A stretch of 63,771 nt of DNA, the filler included, from Hausera hauseri (taxonomy: Eukaryota), in assembly GCA_046269625.1 (NCBI GenBank). It is 11 parts of 11 records of this genome, joined end to end, with 100 filler letters (N's around TTAATTAATTAA, not from the genome) between each part and the next. Parts side by side here need not be neighbours in the genome. Positions count along the whole stretch, not along the records: positions 31,683 to 41,025 come from JBJURY010402145.1; positions 41,126 to 46,085 come from JBJURY010377814.1; positions 46,186 to 54,564 come from JBJURY010663218.1; 8 more parts are not named here. One strand, given 5' to 3'. Numbering within the stretch: the first letter of the stretch is position 1; every line of letters starts with the position of its first letter. This document shows positions 36,645 to 48,764 of this stretch, one piece after another. Both the position numbers and the translations under genes were made by a program. The notes under the pieces are model-generated. The model worked only from the letters and a program-made list of their open reading frames with translations. It did no database searches and was not told the origin of the DNA.

Positions 36645-39350
36645 AAGTTATTTGGGCGTCACTCCCACAAACAATGACGACCTTCTTCTTCGGTATTTTC
36701 TTTCTTCCTTATCCACCTCCATCAAAGCGTTGCTTACTGTCGTAGACAATTCAACGGCACTTGAAAAACTCGCCTTATTGGCGGATAAAAATTTCGACAT
36801 CTTACAATCAGACAACTCACAATCAGTAGCAGCAACCGCTTGTACGCCATCACACGCAGATAACACTTTATTTTCATAACAATCGCACATTTTGCAAAAG
36901 CAACTTGACACATTGCAACAATCAATTTCTGCGGTTACGGCCAAACTTAGCAATTTAACCGTGTTCTGACGAGGTGAAACGTGGGTTTCGTACGATCGTA
37001 GCCTTTCCCAGCATTTCTTTCGATCCAAATCTGGAGATGCAGAAATTAAATGTTTTTATCACAATAAATTCCGCAGCGACGCAAAGAAATATCTTCTGGG
37101 TTGTCGATTTTACGACAAACTTTATGAAGTAGACAGCCCCATCTGCATTCACCACACAAAATATCAATCTAAGGCTAGATCATGTGTGCCGTGGTGCATA
37201 TATTATAAACAACAAGTCCAACTTTCCCTACTTTTCCTCTCCTCTTCCATCTTTCCGTTCTTCCTTTTCTCTTCAACACCAAAAAAACCAATAACGCCAC
37301 CAGATGACACGGCACACTCTGGCATTAGCAATACCTTTCAATCCTCTGGCCGTTTCAGCAGCACCTCTGCGGTCTTTCTGTTAAAGCTGCACTGTTATTT
37401 GGAGACACCTCACATATCGACTTTCTTATAGATTCAGGAGCTGCCTTTTCGTTACTTCTCTTGTCCTTCATTCCGATATCGACTATAACTTCCTGTCTAC
37501 CGCTCTTTACAGCCAGTGGGCAACCGCTACACACTTCAGGAACCAGGGAACTAATTTTCACGTTCGGCAACTCGCCAGATAAGTTTGTCTGGAAGTTAAA
37601 TGTGGCAAATATTAAATCCCCCATAATCGGTTCAGATTTTCTGCCCGCACATTATCTGCTATTTGATTGCAAGTATCGCTGTCTGATGCGCAGAGACTCC
37701 GTCGTGGATGCCAACAAATATCTACCAAATAGTCCAATAGAAACTTCGTTGTTTTCGGTTGTCAACTTGCGTGTGAATTTAAAAACTTGTTCGTCGGCTA
37801 ATAACGGTACATTTAATAATTTATCCATTTATTCCATTACGTCAAAAGCATCTAAGTCGGTTTTAAAACAACCGAATAAACGGAGTGTTGATGGTGACAG
37901 TTACGGTTGTTCTTCGCCAATACCATCTACTGTTGCTTCTGATGATATGTCTCAATCATTCTCATCGCTGGATTCCAATCTCAAATCCTGTCACAACTTC
38001 CCTCTTCCGCACCCTCAAAAAGGACGTCAACTTCAAGCCGCCTTCTACAACTTATCACCACATAATCACCGAACACCAAAGACCTACCAGACAAAAGGTC
38101 AGACCAATGTCACATCGTGGGCGAAAAACCATTGAATCAGAATTCAATGAACTCGAAAAGGCTGGAATCATTTGAAGATCAAAATCACCGTAGGCTTCAC
38201 CATTGCACGTAGTAACAAAGAAAGATGACACTTACAGATCATGTGGTGAATATCGGCAATTAAACAATCCAACAGCCTTGGATACTTACCCTTCACCTCG
38301 CGTAAACGACATTCTGCAAACTCTTACCAATACTAATACGTACTCCACAATTGATTTTCAAAAAGCTTATCATCAAATTTCAGTTGAACCTGATGATATT
38401 CCAAAAACTGCTGTTATTACTCCATTTGGCCTCTATAAATATATTTTTATGCCATTTGATTTATCTAGCGCTTCCCAAACTTTTCAACGACACATTGATG
38501 CCGTTCTTTCAGGCCTTGATTTTGCTCATCCATACATTGATAACACAATTTTAACTCCAACTTTACAAAAGCCAGCCTTCCTTCATACGCATTCATTCCA
38601 TTATCCGGTTTCGAAAGCAACCTTTCGCCTGCTTCAACGTCATGTAGTTTGGCCATCAAAGCGCAAAGATGTACAGGGCTGGATTAAGGAATGCGTAGCC
38701 TGTTAAAAATACAAAATCAACAAACAACTTAAACCGCCGCTTTACCGTTTCCCCATTACATCACGTTTTCATACGGTTTATCTTGATCTCGTTAGTCTTG
38801 TACCTTCTGACAACGGATGTCAACATGTCCTTACTATGATGGATCGTGCTTCTCGCTGGCCTGAAACTGTTCCTTTTCGTTCAACGAATACTGATTCAGT
38901 AGCCGACGCTTTTATAAAAATCTGGATCAGTAGTTTTGGTTCCCCACGTAGATAATAACGGACCAAGGTCCGCAATTTGAGTCGGAACTCTTCAAATCAC
39001 TTGCTAAATGCTTGGCAATATTCTATTTCCATACAACACTATATCATCCTCAAGCGAATGGCCTTCTCGAAAGGTTCTATCGAACATTGAAAATTTATTT
39101 AAAAATCTTGGCTGACAATCATCGTAATTGGACGTCAATTGTGCCATTTGTTTAACTACGGTGGCGCAACACACCTTCAAACACTACCTGTTGTGTTTCA
39201 GCCGAGGCACTCTTTGAGACTCCAATTCGGGCTTTATTTGAACTTACTGATCTCGACGACAACCCCACAGACAAAAACATTCGTGCAGCACAATCTCACT
39301 TCGTCGAGGTCAGCTCAGACTCCTTCTGCCGTCCCTTTAACAATTACAAA
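36645..39350 (+). mobile_element. CsRn1-like Ty3/gypsy copy 3 (gag, PR, RT, integrase; RNase H deleted)
   Basis: LLRYFLSSL...STALEKLA; two CHCC knuckles; FLIDSGA; PYIDN joined directly to the integrase Zn-binding region at about 38545; TDQGPQFES; HPQANGLLERF. Confidence 0.93.
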
Positions 39351-39758
39351 TCGTACTACGGCAGAAAGTTATTGGAGTACTTTCAAACTCCTACCTCATT
39401 TTTTGTTTTATCACCAAATTAAAAAGCGTGTAACAGTTACCACTCATGTGACAAATCCACTTGATTTTACACTAGAAGCATTAAAAAACATACAGGATTC
39501 AATCGATGAAATAAAGGTACGAAAAAATATCACATCAGAAAAAGAAAAACTACAAGATGACTCAAACTCTATTCAGGCTTGCGTTACAAATCTAATGATG
39601 TCCCAGGAAATAAACAAAGCGACTCGGTTCGGCGCGCCGCCCGCCGTGACTCAGTCTCCCGAATAAAAGCGGCGCGTTGACACTGGCGTTCTAATACGCC
39701 CTGATAATGATCCGTGCCGGTTGATTTTGGATGAACGGGGGGGTTGGGGGGGCTGTCA

Positions 39759-40320
39759 TGTAAAAAAAAAATTTACTTTAACAAGAGTCTGGATGAGAAG
39801 AAATAAGAAATTTATTAAAACCTTGCAAGGTGAGAACAGAAATACAGAGTCAAAGGAGTCTGTCAAGTCTGCTCTGACTAACAGGGGACCTGGCATCCTT
39901 TTATAGATTCTGGTCAAAGAGAGACTTGATTGGACAATAGGTGTGAATCCCTGATTGTTATGTAATGTATCAGAGAGTCTGTGGAGCCCAACACAGATGG
40001 TCTGGCCATTTGTCTATTGTTAAGAATAGGGGGTTGTTCTTTAATGCTAAAGAGGGCAGATTTGATAAGATGTGGGGAAATAACACCTTGATTCTCTCCT
40101 GCTGTTATATCACACCATAGAGGTCTGAGTTACAGCAGATTGACCAACCTCATGATAACACTATGCAGACATCCTCAAGCAGAAGATGGGTGAGGAGCAT
40201 GTTCTAGAAAAAGTACCTTACAGGCTTTTGAGTTGCAGAAAAAACACACTGCTTTAGCAACTCATCAAGCACTTTTGGATTTAGATAACAAACAAACACA
40301 CTTTGACCCCGTAGCATTAG
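39759..40320 (-). mobile_element. probable vertebrate (fish ERV-like) LTR
   Basis: The minus strand shows CCAAT (about 39930), TATAAAA (about 39900), AATAAA (39811-39816) and a terminal ...ACA. The composition differs from the flanks. The distal boundary is uncertain. Confidence 0.45.
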
Positions 40321-40677
40321 AGAAAAAAGTTGATAAGGTTAAATGCATTTTGTAAATATTTTGTGAAAATGGAAAAAGAAATATTTTCCAGTGAAAATTA
40401 CCAAAAAATTAACACTCAAACATATCAGTAAAACAAAATAATTTGTTTAGTTTAAGGGTCAACTAGAACCGTAATTTTTATGAATATATTTGTATATTTT
40501 CAAAAGCGATTTGAAATATTCATCATCAGTTTTGGGGAAAGAATTAATTCTATTCGTTAAGTCTAACATTGTTGTAGAATCATTACTTGTCAACCATTTT
40601 TCAATAATTCTTATTGACTCCAATTCTGGAACCTTCACGATATAATTGCCCCATTTAGAGAGTTTGAGACCAATTGG

Positions 40678-41025
40678 ACGTCGTATTGACAATTAATACT
40701 ATTGATCATGCGTTTAGAAGTCGATTGAGGGCTTTCCCATCTTTGATCAACTGTGGCACAGTTTGTTGGTTTCGGAGTCGGTCAGAAGATGTATTGATTG
40801 CCGTGACTATTCGATTGAAATTGTCTATGGAACAGAGAACAGAGATGCTTTGTCGAGATAGACGATGTGAGACCGATTTAGAAAAATTACAGATCGTATC
40901 TTCAGATATACCTGTGGCGAAAGAAAACCCATAGGTCTTCATCCAAAGTTAACACAAGCAATTAAAGGATATGATCACTGTAGAGCAACGAGATACGGAA
41001 AGAGTGAAACAAAAGAAAGAGGTTA
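40678..41025 (+). pseudogene. axonemal dynein heavy chain fragment (end of AAA4 and stalk), internally deleted
   Basis: VVLTINTIDHAFRSRLRAFPSLINCGTVCWFRSRSEDVLIAV jumps to RRCETDLEKLQIVSS, the stalk coiled coil. Confidence 0.85.
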
Positions 41026-42261
41026 NNNNNNNNNNNNNNNNNNNNNNNNNNNNNNNNNNNNNNNNNNNNTTAATTAATTAANNNNNNNNNNNNNNNNNNN
41101 NNNNNNNNNNNNNNNNNNNNNNNNNGCATATAACAAAAGCTCAGCTAAAGCTAAATCTAAGCTAGCAAACAGAGTGTGGAAAGGTTCTTACCGCGAGCAG
41201 ATGATGGGTGATCAGAGCGTCTTTGAGTGCACCATTTGAGCACAATTAGCACGCAGCGCCAGCGAACGCCAAGGTCTGAACCGGGAGGCACACAAACTGA
41301 TGTCAACTAGGTGAGGGAGGCCCCTTTTTATACCGACGCCAGCGCCACAGCCAATCAGAATCAGGCACACATGTGGTGCGTTCAGGACCTATGGGCCTAC
41401 TGCCACATTCATTTGTTTATACCTAAGCAATCAAGAATAAATAATAACAGTCTTAATAAAAATTGCCAGATTTTTGCCATTTACCATGACTAGTTAAGCC
41501 TACACAACTCTATGTACAAACTCAGATTTTTACATTATCTATCTTACTCACTTATTCCTAACATAAATTCCATTCTGTTTTCCAATCCATAAAAATCATG
41601 TCACTGCATTTAAATTTTTCTGTGATGACTAAAAATAATGCATTTATGTGATGCTGAGGTGTGGCATGGAAGGGAAAAATACTCAGAAAAAAACTTGTAG
41701 TTCCATACACAAGTATTTATTTGTACCTTTTTTCAGCACAGCATGGTTCATCTCTCTCACACACAAAATGGCAACTCTCTATATATATGGTTGTCCCCGC
41801 CTTCTCAATCATCCTTCCAGCCAATCAAACTCAAGAAAACATGGCAGCTCTCTATATGAGAGCTAGGTTTGAGGCGGGCCTCCTCTTTAGGTGTTCCAAG
41901 ATGGCCTCCGTAAGGACACACCCAACAGGTAAACAGCATTTAACAAACAAAAGAATCACTGGCATACACTCTAGAATTTACACATTACAAAAATTATTGC
42001 TTCACAACACCAACTTAATTTATCATTTAAATAGCACATGACTTGTACTGAGAACCACAGCAATAAATCAATATGTGTGAGAAATGTATTAAAACTTATT
42101 AAAACTTGTTTTATTTGGAGCCTTAAGTTTTTGTAAAGGTGTAGCAGAGATTAGATCTGTGACTCTGATACAAACTCAGATCTAAACATTTGAATCATAG
42201 TTTGACTTCTTGGGTCTCAGCAGGTTGTTTACTGAGAAACACTTTTGTTATTCATTGCTGC

Positions 42262-43406
42262 CAGTGATGGCAAAGTTACTTTGAAAAAGTAACTTTAATC
42301 AGATTACTGACTACTCTTTGAAAAAGTAACTTAGTTAGATTACTGACTACTTTTTTTGGAAAGTAACTAAGTTACATTGAAAGTAACTTTTTAGTTACTT
42401 TCAGCTGCTGCTGACAGCAACGCTCCACCACCTTTGAAAATTACTTTAAGCTTTGCCAATACTTAATTGCAAGTTGTTTTATAATTCTAACATTAACAAT
42501 ATATTTCCACTTATAAGGTTGAACTGAAGGGAGATTGTTTAATGGTTACAACAATACAAAAAATATCGTAATTTGTGTGTTCCACTATTGTCTGGAAAAC
42601 AAGCCCCCAGCCCCCCCTGCCCCAGCCTCCAGGTTCTGCGTTACGGCCCTGCGTTTGTTGTCATAGCGCATGCGCACAGAGATCCTCCTGCGGCTCCACA
42701 ACTCAGATGTCCTTCTGCACAGATTTGTGACGCCTATCTTAACATTAATTATTATAATGGCGTTTAGTTGCACAACTTTACGGTTCACGTTCATTCGTGG
42801 CTGTTTTCACATTTATTGCGCGGCTCATATTAGTCTCGATGTTTGCAGTTTTCTGGAGCGCAGCGCGAAGCTCGACGTCATTCACAGCAAATATGTGAAC
42901 ATTAACAAGAAACAGCGGGACGGATCATCTGGGAAATGATAGACAAGGAGAGTCTGACGTAAACGACCTTAATGACAGACACATTCTGGGATTTATTACG
43001 AGTCTCTGCTTATTTCCAAGCTCAAATGAGTAACTTCGTTGAGAAACGAGCGCATCTCCCGATTCATTAAATGTGCAAGCGACTTTAGAAACAAAACAAG
43101 CCCAAAGCCGCTTATAATAATCGGACTTGGCGACAGAAACTCAAAATAGTTCCTGTTTTTCCAGCAACGAAATGCGCGTCTCGCTTCTCCCTCCATTGTT
43201 CACATTTCTGTCGCTGCTGATAAAGAAACGGCGGTCGCTCCCCAAGACGCGTAAAGGAAATAAAAGATCACAGTAACGCAAAGTAACGCAAGGGGATTTT
43301 GTTAAGTAACTTTAATCTGATTACTGGATTTGAAATAGCAACGCGTTAGATTACTCGTTACTGAAAAAAGTGCTCCGACGTCAGTAACGCGTTACGGACA
43401 TCACTG
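42262..43406. mobile_element. non-autonomous hAT-like DNA transposon (teleost type)
   Basis: Termini CAGTGATG...CATCACTG, with subterminal arrays of gtaac/gttac/gattact motifs at both ends. No clean TSD. Confidence 0.7.
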
Positions 43407-44256
43407 CATGACATGAGTTGACCAATGACTGAAGCAGATGACCTGCTCCACTTCCACATCCACTGATGATAATACATTGTGGAAATAGTGAGTTCATAAT
43501 AGTGACTTGATCAGAAAATGACCTTCAACCATCTAATATTTAGACAGAAATTAAGGAATCTGTGTCTGATTATATGTTGGTTTTCTGTATGAAAACAATT
43601 GATAGAAACACATTTTGTTATTGTTTTAGAAAAATTAGTTTCTGATGTCCATGATCAGCCTCATTATAGATTTCATGGATTTGTATGACAGAAATTTTGA
43701 CATCCTTGAAAAATATGTTGATTTGTTTTGCATTTTAAAATCAAACACGACTTGTGGAGTGTTCTGAATTTGTGAGGAAAAGTTAATGTAAAAATGAGGT
43801 TTTTAATCTGGGATTTATATGTTGCAAATTGAAGTTTTATTTCCACAATGTTCATCTTGTTTTAAACTCACGTTTTGTTTTTACGGCAGGGGGTCAGCCG
43901 GGCCCACAGTCGCCAGCACCGGAATACAACATGGCCGCTCATGGAGGAGAACGCATCCTGCTTAACCTGCTAACGCCGCTGCTTAGGTCTGATGTTTGTC
44001 ATCACCTTGATCATCAGCCAGATTGTAATTCAGGTGAAAATTGGAGAAAATGCCTTGGAATATGTGCTGATTTATGGGAATTTTTACTGTTACTTGGATT
44101 TTTATTGTTTGCCACAAGTCCTTTGTGTTCCTGCATTCTTTGCTGAGAGTCATTTTTCTGCCTAGGTTTCTAAGTTAGAGGCCTGGCTGTTAACAGAGCT
44201 GTCTGAGTCTCCTCTGCACTCAGAGCAGGTGGAGTGTGTCATTTTTAAGAAGTGAG

Positions 44257-44281
44257 ATGTGTGTGTGTGTGTGTGTGTGTG
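44257..44281. repeat. (GT)n microsatellite
   Basis: Directly visible. Confidence 0.95.
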
Positions 44282-44818
44282 GACAGGAACTACAGGGACT
44301 CCGCCCCTGCTGCCATGACGACACAAGAAAAGACAAAGTGACTAAATTACTGCAGATGACCTGCATTCAAATACTGCATAAAAAATACTTTGATTAAGAT
44401 TGAAATAATTTCTATATATCTACATCATATATCTATATCGCATGTCATGTGACTATTAAAGGTTTAGTGACGCAGATTGCCGTCAGTAAAAACAATAACC
44501 TGCTCTTACAGGCCCAGTCTTTCTCTACTGCCCCCTCTCTTCCCTAGGGGGCAGTAGAGAGCAACATGTTGGCGCTGGGAGGAGAGCGAGAAAAGTGTCC
44601 GGTTGTTGTGGGGAGCGCAGTGTGTTAGTTTTAGGGAGCTGTCCAGCTGTTCAAAAGAGGAATAAAGTTCTTAAAGCATTCATCTGCCTCCTCCTTGCTT
44701 TTGCCCGCCAGCGCAGCAGAACCGAAACAAGTTTGTTACCAACGAACGAGCCGATAGAGACACCAGCCCGTTTAAAACCAGCCTCTGATTGGCCTCTGCG
44801 CTGCACTGTGAGGCTCGT

Positions 44819-45227
44819 TGTGACGCCCTGCCGTGTGGCAATTGCTTGCCATTTAAGGTCCTTAATTGTGGCAGGTTAACCTTAAATGGCAAGCAAAACC
44901 TGCCACCTGGTTTGGATTTAAGGAGAGAGATCCCAGGCTGATGAGGCTGGCAGAGAGGTCCAGACGAGAGGACCCAGTCCAGAGAGTGGACACCAGGCCC
45001 AGAGGAGGGTTCCAGCCTCAAGGGAGACACCAGGCTCAGGAGGGAGAGATCCGGACCCAGAGGCGGAGCTGGAGCCGGAGCTTGACACGTTGTGGGAGCC
45101 GACGCCCGTTGACTCGTTGGGCTGCCCCCCACTTCCCTAGACATCATGTCTAAGGAAGTCCACAACCAGCTGTGGTTGTCGTGTCCTCCCTGTTCCTTGT
45201 TGCGGCCATCCGATCCGGGCCGCAACA
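44819..45227. mobile_element. possible solo LTR (TGT...ACA, GC-rich)
   Basis: Starts TGTGACG and ends CGCAACA, with an internal 18-bp inverted repeat. No TSD. Confidence 0.4.
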
Positions 45228-46788
45228 ATCGACCAACCAAGAAAATGATTAGTGACCAAATGATCGCAGAAGCTCTACATTCAAGGACTCTGGTTCAGGC
45301 GGCGATTGACGTCAATCTGTGACGTGTGATTCGGGGTTTGAGCTTGCCATCCGAGGATCACGTCACCAATGACCAGCTGAGCCAATCAGGTGCAGGCAAC
45401 GCACAGGCTTTATTACCTACAGTATTTGAATGTAGGCTTTCATTTTTTAGTCTTAAAGTTTAATTATTATACAGGTGACGGATTTCAATTAAAATAAGCC
45501 ATTAACAGTTTATGCAATTAAATTATAAACCATACAAGTGGTTAATAATACTTGTATAACCTGTAAAGTAAATATACTTTATATATCTACACCTACACAT
45601 AGTTGATAAGCCCCGTCACTAAGATTTTATGTAATACATTTTTTTTGTAATTATACATTTTAGAAACTGTTAGTATATTTGGGTTTTTGTTTTTGCAATT
45701 ATTGAAAGAAATAAGACAAAGTGACAAAATTATCAGAGAATCTAAAGACTGTCAATAAATCCGCGATGTAGATCTAAATATCTATTTCTACATATCTATA
45801 TCACATGTCCTACAGATTCATCACATGACATTATATAGCTATATATCATATAGGCAATCTAGTCACATGATACAGCTGAGCCAATCAGAGTCGCTTATCC
45901 TCCTTTTCATGCAGGCCTTTAAATAAAGACCCGGACAAAAAAATTCTCTTTTCATCCTGCATTGTGAAGCTCGCCAATTTAAGAAAGGATAACCAATCTT
46001 TATTGGCTTTTCTCTTTTTTTTTTTTCTTTTTTTTTTTTCAGTCTTCCCCGGATGAACCCTGCAAACAATCCCGGCCAAATGGTCNNNNNNNNNNNNNNN
46101 NNNNNNNNNNNNNNNNNNNNNNNNNNNNNTTAATTAATTAANNNNNNNNNNNNNNNNNNNNNNNNNNNNNNNNNNNNNNNNNNNNAATTGGACACAGTCT
46201 ATTTTCCCACTGCATATTTCATTTGTGAGCCGTTTAATTTCAGCTTCTAAATCTATTTTGTAGTTCTAAGTATATAAATGATTTCGGATAACAGATTTAA
46301 AAACATACCATTTGTCGTACTATTCCTTGAAACAACGCCATGCGATTTTAAAGGCCTATATTTATACTCGATCACCAAAATTAAAACAAAAGGGGGTGGG
46401 AATAATGATACCTAATCTGCGCCAGAAAATTCTTTGTTCACAACCAAAATGTAAACAATTTTTTTACGCGCCAAATTAAAATTTTTACAGATACCTAAAA
46501 TCCATGCAGTTCGCGTGCTTGTGTGTATCCACTTTGTGACTGTTTGTCTCCTATCTCCGCCCTATAAACCGTGTGTGCGTGTATAATTTTCCTACACCAT
46601 GACTCATCTCCGAACCAGAAAAATTTTCTTACCCCTGGGGGGGGGTTTGGCGCACTGGACTAACATCCTACTACTACAATCTTACACAGATTGCTCAAAA
46701 CTATTTTAGATCAGATAAGTGCTTATCGGAAATCGACCAAGAAACTAACAATTGTCAGAAACTTTTCGAGGTTGTTTGGTGGGACAAT

Positions 46789-48760
46789 ATGATTTTTAAT
46801 AATACTGCGTTGTCTTTGACGAAATTCCTTGTCATTCCAAAACACGTTCTAATGAACGCGTTCAAAAATCAGTGGCTCAATTTACTTAGAACTCAAGGTG
46901 TTAAGTATTGCGGATCTCCTGCCAATTTAGATTGTTTATTATTTTGGAATTTAAGTGAACGACGTAGTCGTCGATTTATTATTGACTCAAATATGGCATT
47001 TCGGTGGTCTGCATATAAGTATGGTGTCAATATCGTTGTAGATATTCAAATGGAGTTTTTGGTATGTAGATTTATTGATCGGTTAAACTGTCCAGACTGG
47101 TTAAGGCATGTGCCAGTTAAGCAGCGAATCCAATTGCGTTTGACCATTTGTTCGTATTGTCCTGTTAAGTGCGGGGCAAATTCGTTTTATCCAACATTTA
47201 AGACCACTCTTAGTAGTGCAATTTTAAGTTTGGAATTGCATGAAAATTCCCCTGTCAAAGTTCTGACGATTCCGAATGACTTTGAATTCCCCGCAGTACT
47301 GTCGGCAAATATTTTGCGGTACGATCCTACAATGGAGGAACAGCCTGGAAATTACACATCGACAGTTAATGGTCGTTTTATGCTTTCTCAACGTGGTAGA
47401 CACCAGCCACTCACCGTATGACGTTGCTGTCAAGGGCGCGGCCTACCATCTTGTTAAAGGCAATATAGGCCTGATTACATACAGAAAATTATTGACAAAC
47501 CTAGCTTAAAAGGTTGTCAGAGTATCTGATTACTCTGTCCGCCACAGTACAATAGGCGACAAAAAGAATTATAACATAACGAATATGTGGCTGTACAATC
47601 AGAAAAATATTCCCGAACTTGATCTAGCCCCGGCAGTTCGAGTGCTGAGTGATTCTCTAGACGACGGACCGGCTTATTCGATGCTAGGTAGCACTTACGT
47701 TCCTGTTAGTGAAGAAACCTCCGTGGAGCCGGGTAGTGATGATGAAGTTAAAGCCATATACAAACCCGAAGAGTTTAAGAATCAAGAAGTACTGGGCAAT
47801 ATGAGCGTCAATTGTGAAGCAGAAGGCAACGTACTTAACGAAAGCTCAATCTACATTCACACGGGCACCGATGAATTAAAGAAAGTTCGAATACTGTATT
47901 TTAGCAACTGTTCTTTTACAACCATCATGCCGATTGACATCAATTACTGCTACAATCTTGTCGAACTCAATCTGTACCACAATTACATTTCCTACTTGAC
48001 CCGATGTCTCTTCCTACCAAATCTGATGAAATTTAATCTAAAACGAAATCGATTTCTGACTGTTCCGTTTTTGGAACAATTCACAAAATTATATTCCGTT
48101 GAAATTGACGAGAACGTTTGTTGGAAGCTTAATAAAGAAAGTGTAGCATAATTCTGTTCTGAATTAACGAACATTAACGACAAAAAATTTGATAATTACA
48201 TTTGGGACGAATTGAATGTCATATTCGCGGAAGCCAAAACGTGCACTGAAACCGTAGTCCAGAGTCGTTGGGAGGAAGACCTGGCAAGGTATTTTAAAAA
48301 GAGTATTGCGCAAAGCGATTCACAGAAAGTTTTTGAAACGTTCGCTCTTAGTGCTCGGGAAAGGAAATTGGCTAGTGAAGAGAAATATTTTAATTTTAAG
48401 AACCTTATTGCTCGCCGAGTTGCTGAATCGTTTTTGGATTCAAAAATAACTGATGACGACGAGGAATAGGAGTCTAAGGATCAGTACAATTATGATGCTA
48501 ATAAATCAGCCATCCGACAGTTGGGTATTTACAACGGAACCGCCGCAATATCGCCGCATGTAAGTCATCTTAATTACAATGCTTTCATAAATTCCTCCAA
48601 TAACTTGAAAATTGTAGTTGATATGTTACGAAATTACAATTACCTGCATAAGATGATTTGTCGCCACAGTATACAAAATCTATCTAAAGTTTTACCGCAA
48701 GAAACGATTCAGAAACATTTTTTTCCAATTTTGAACACGCTTAACAGTAAGACAGATAAG
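46789..48760 (+). pseudogene. degenerate gene encoding a leucine-rich-repeat protein
   Basis: LRRs VRILYFSNCSF, LVELNLYHNYISYL, LMKFNLKRNRFLTVP and LYSVEIDEN occur in ORF 47585..48151. The flanking same-strand ORFs are broken by stops. Confidence 0.55.
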
Positions 48761-48764
48761 AGAT

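Noticed and set aside
44938-44985. Hammerhead-like CUGAUGA followed by a stem
   Set aside because: GAAA is replaced by GAGA, and no valid stem III or UH cleavage site can be formed.
41126-46085. Numerous 60-186-aa ORFs in the teleost-like contig
   Set aside because: No recognisable domains. They overlap repeats and are consistent with chance ORFs.
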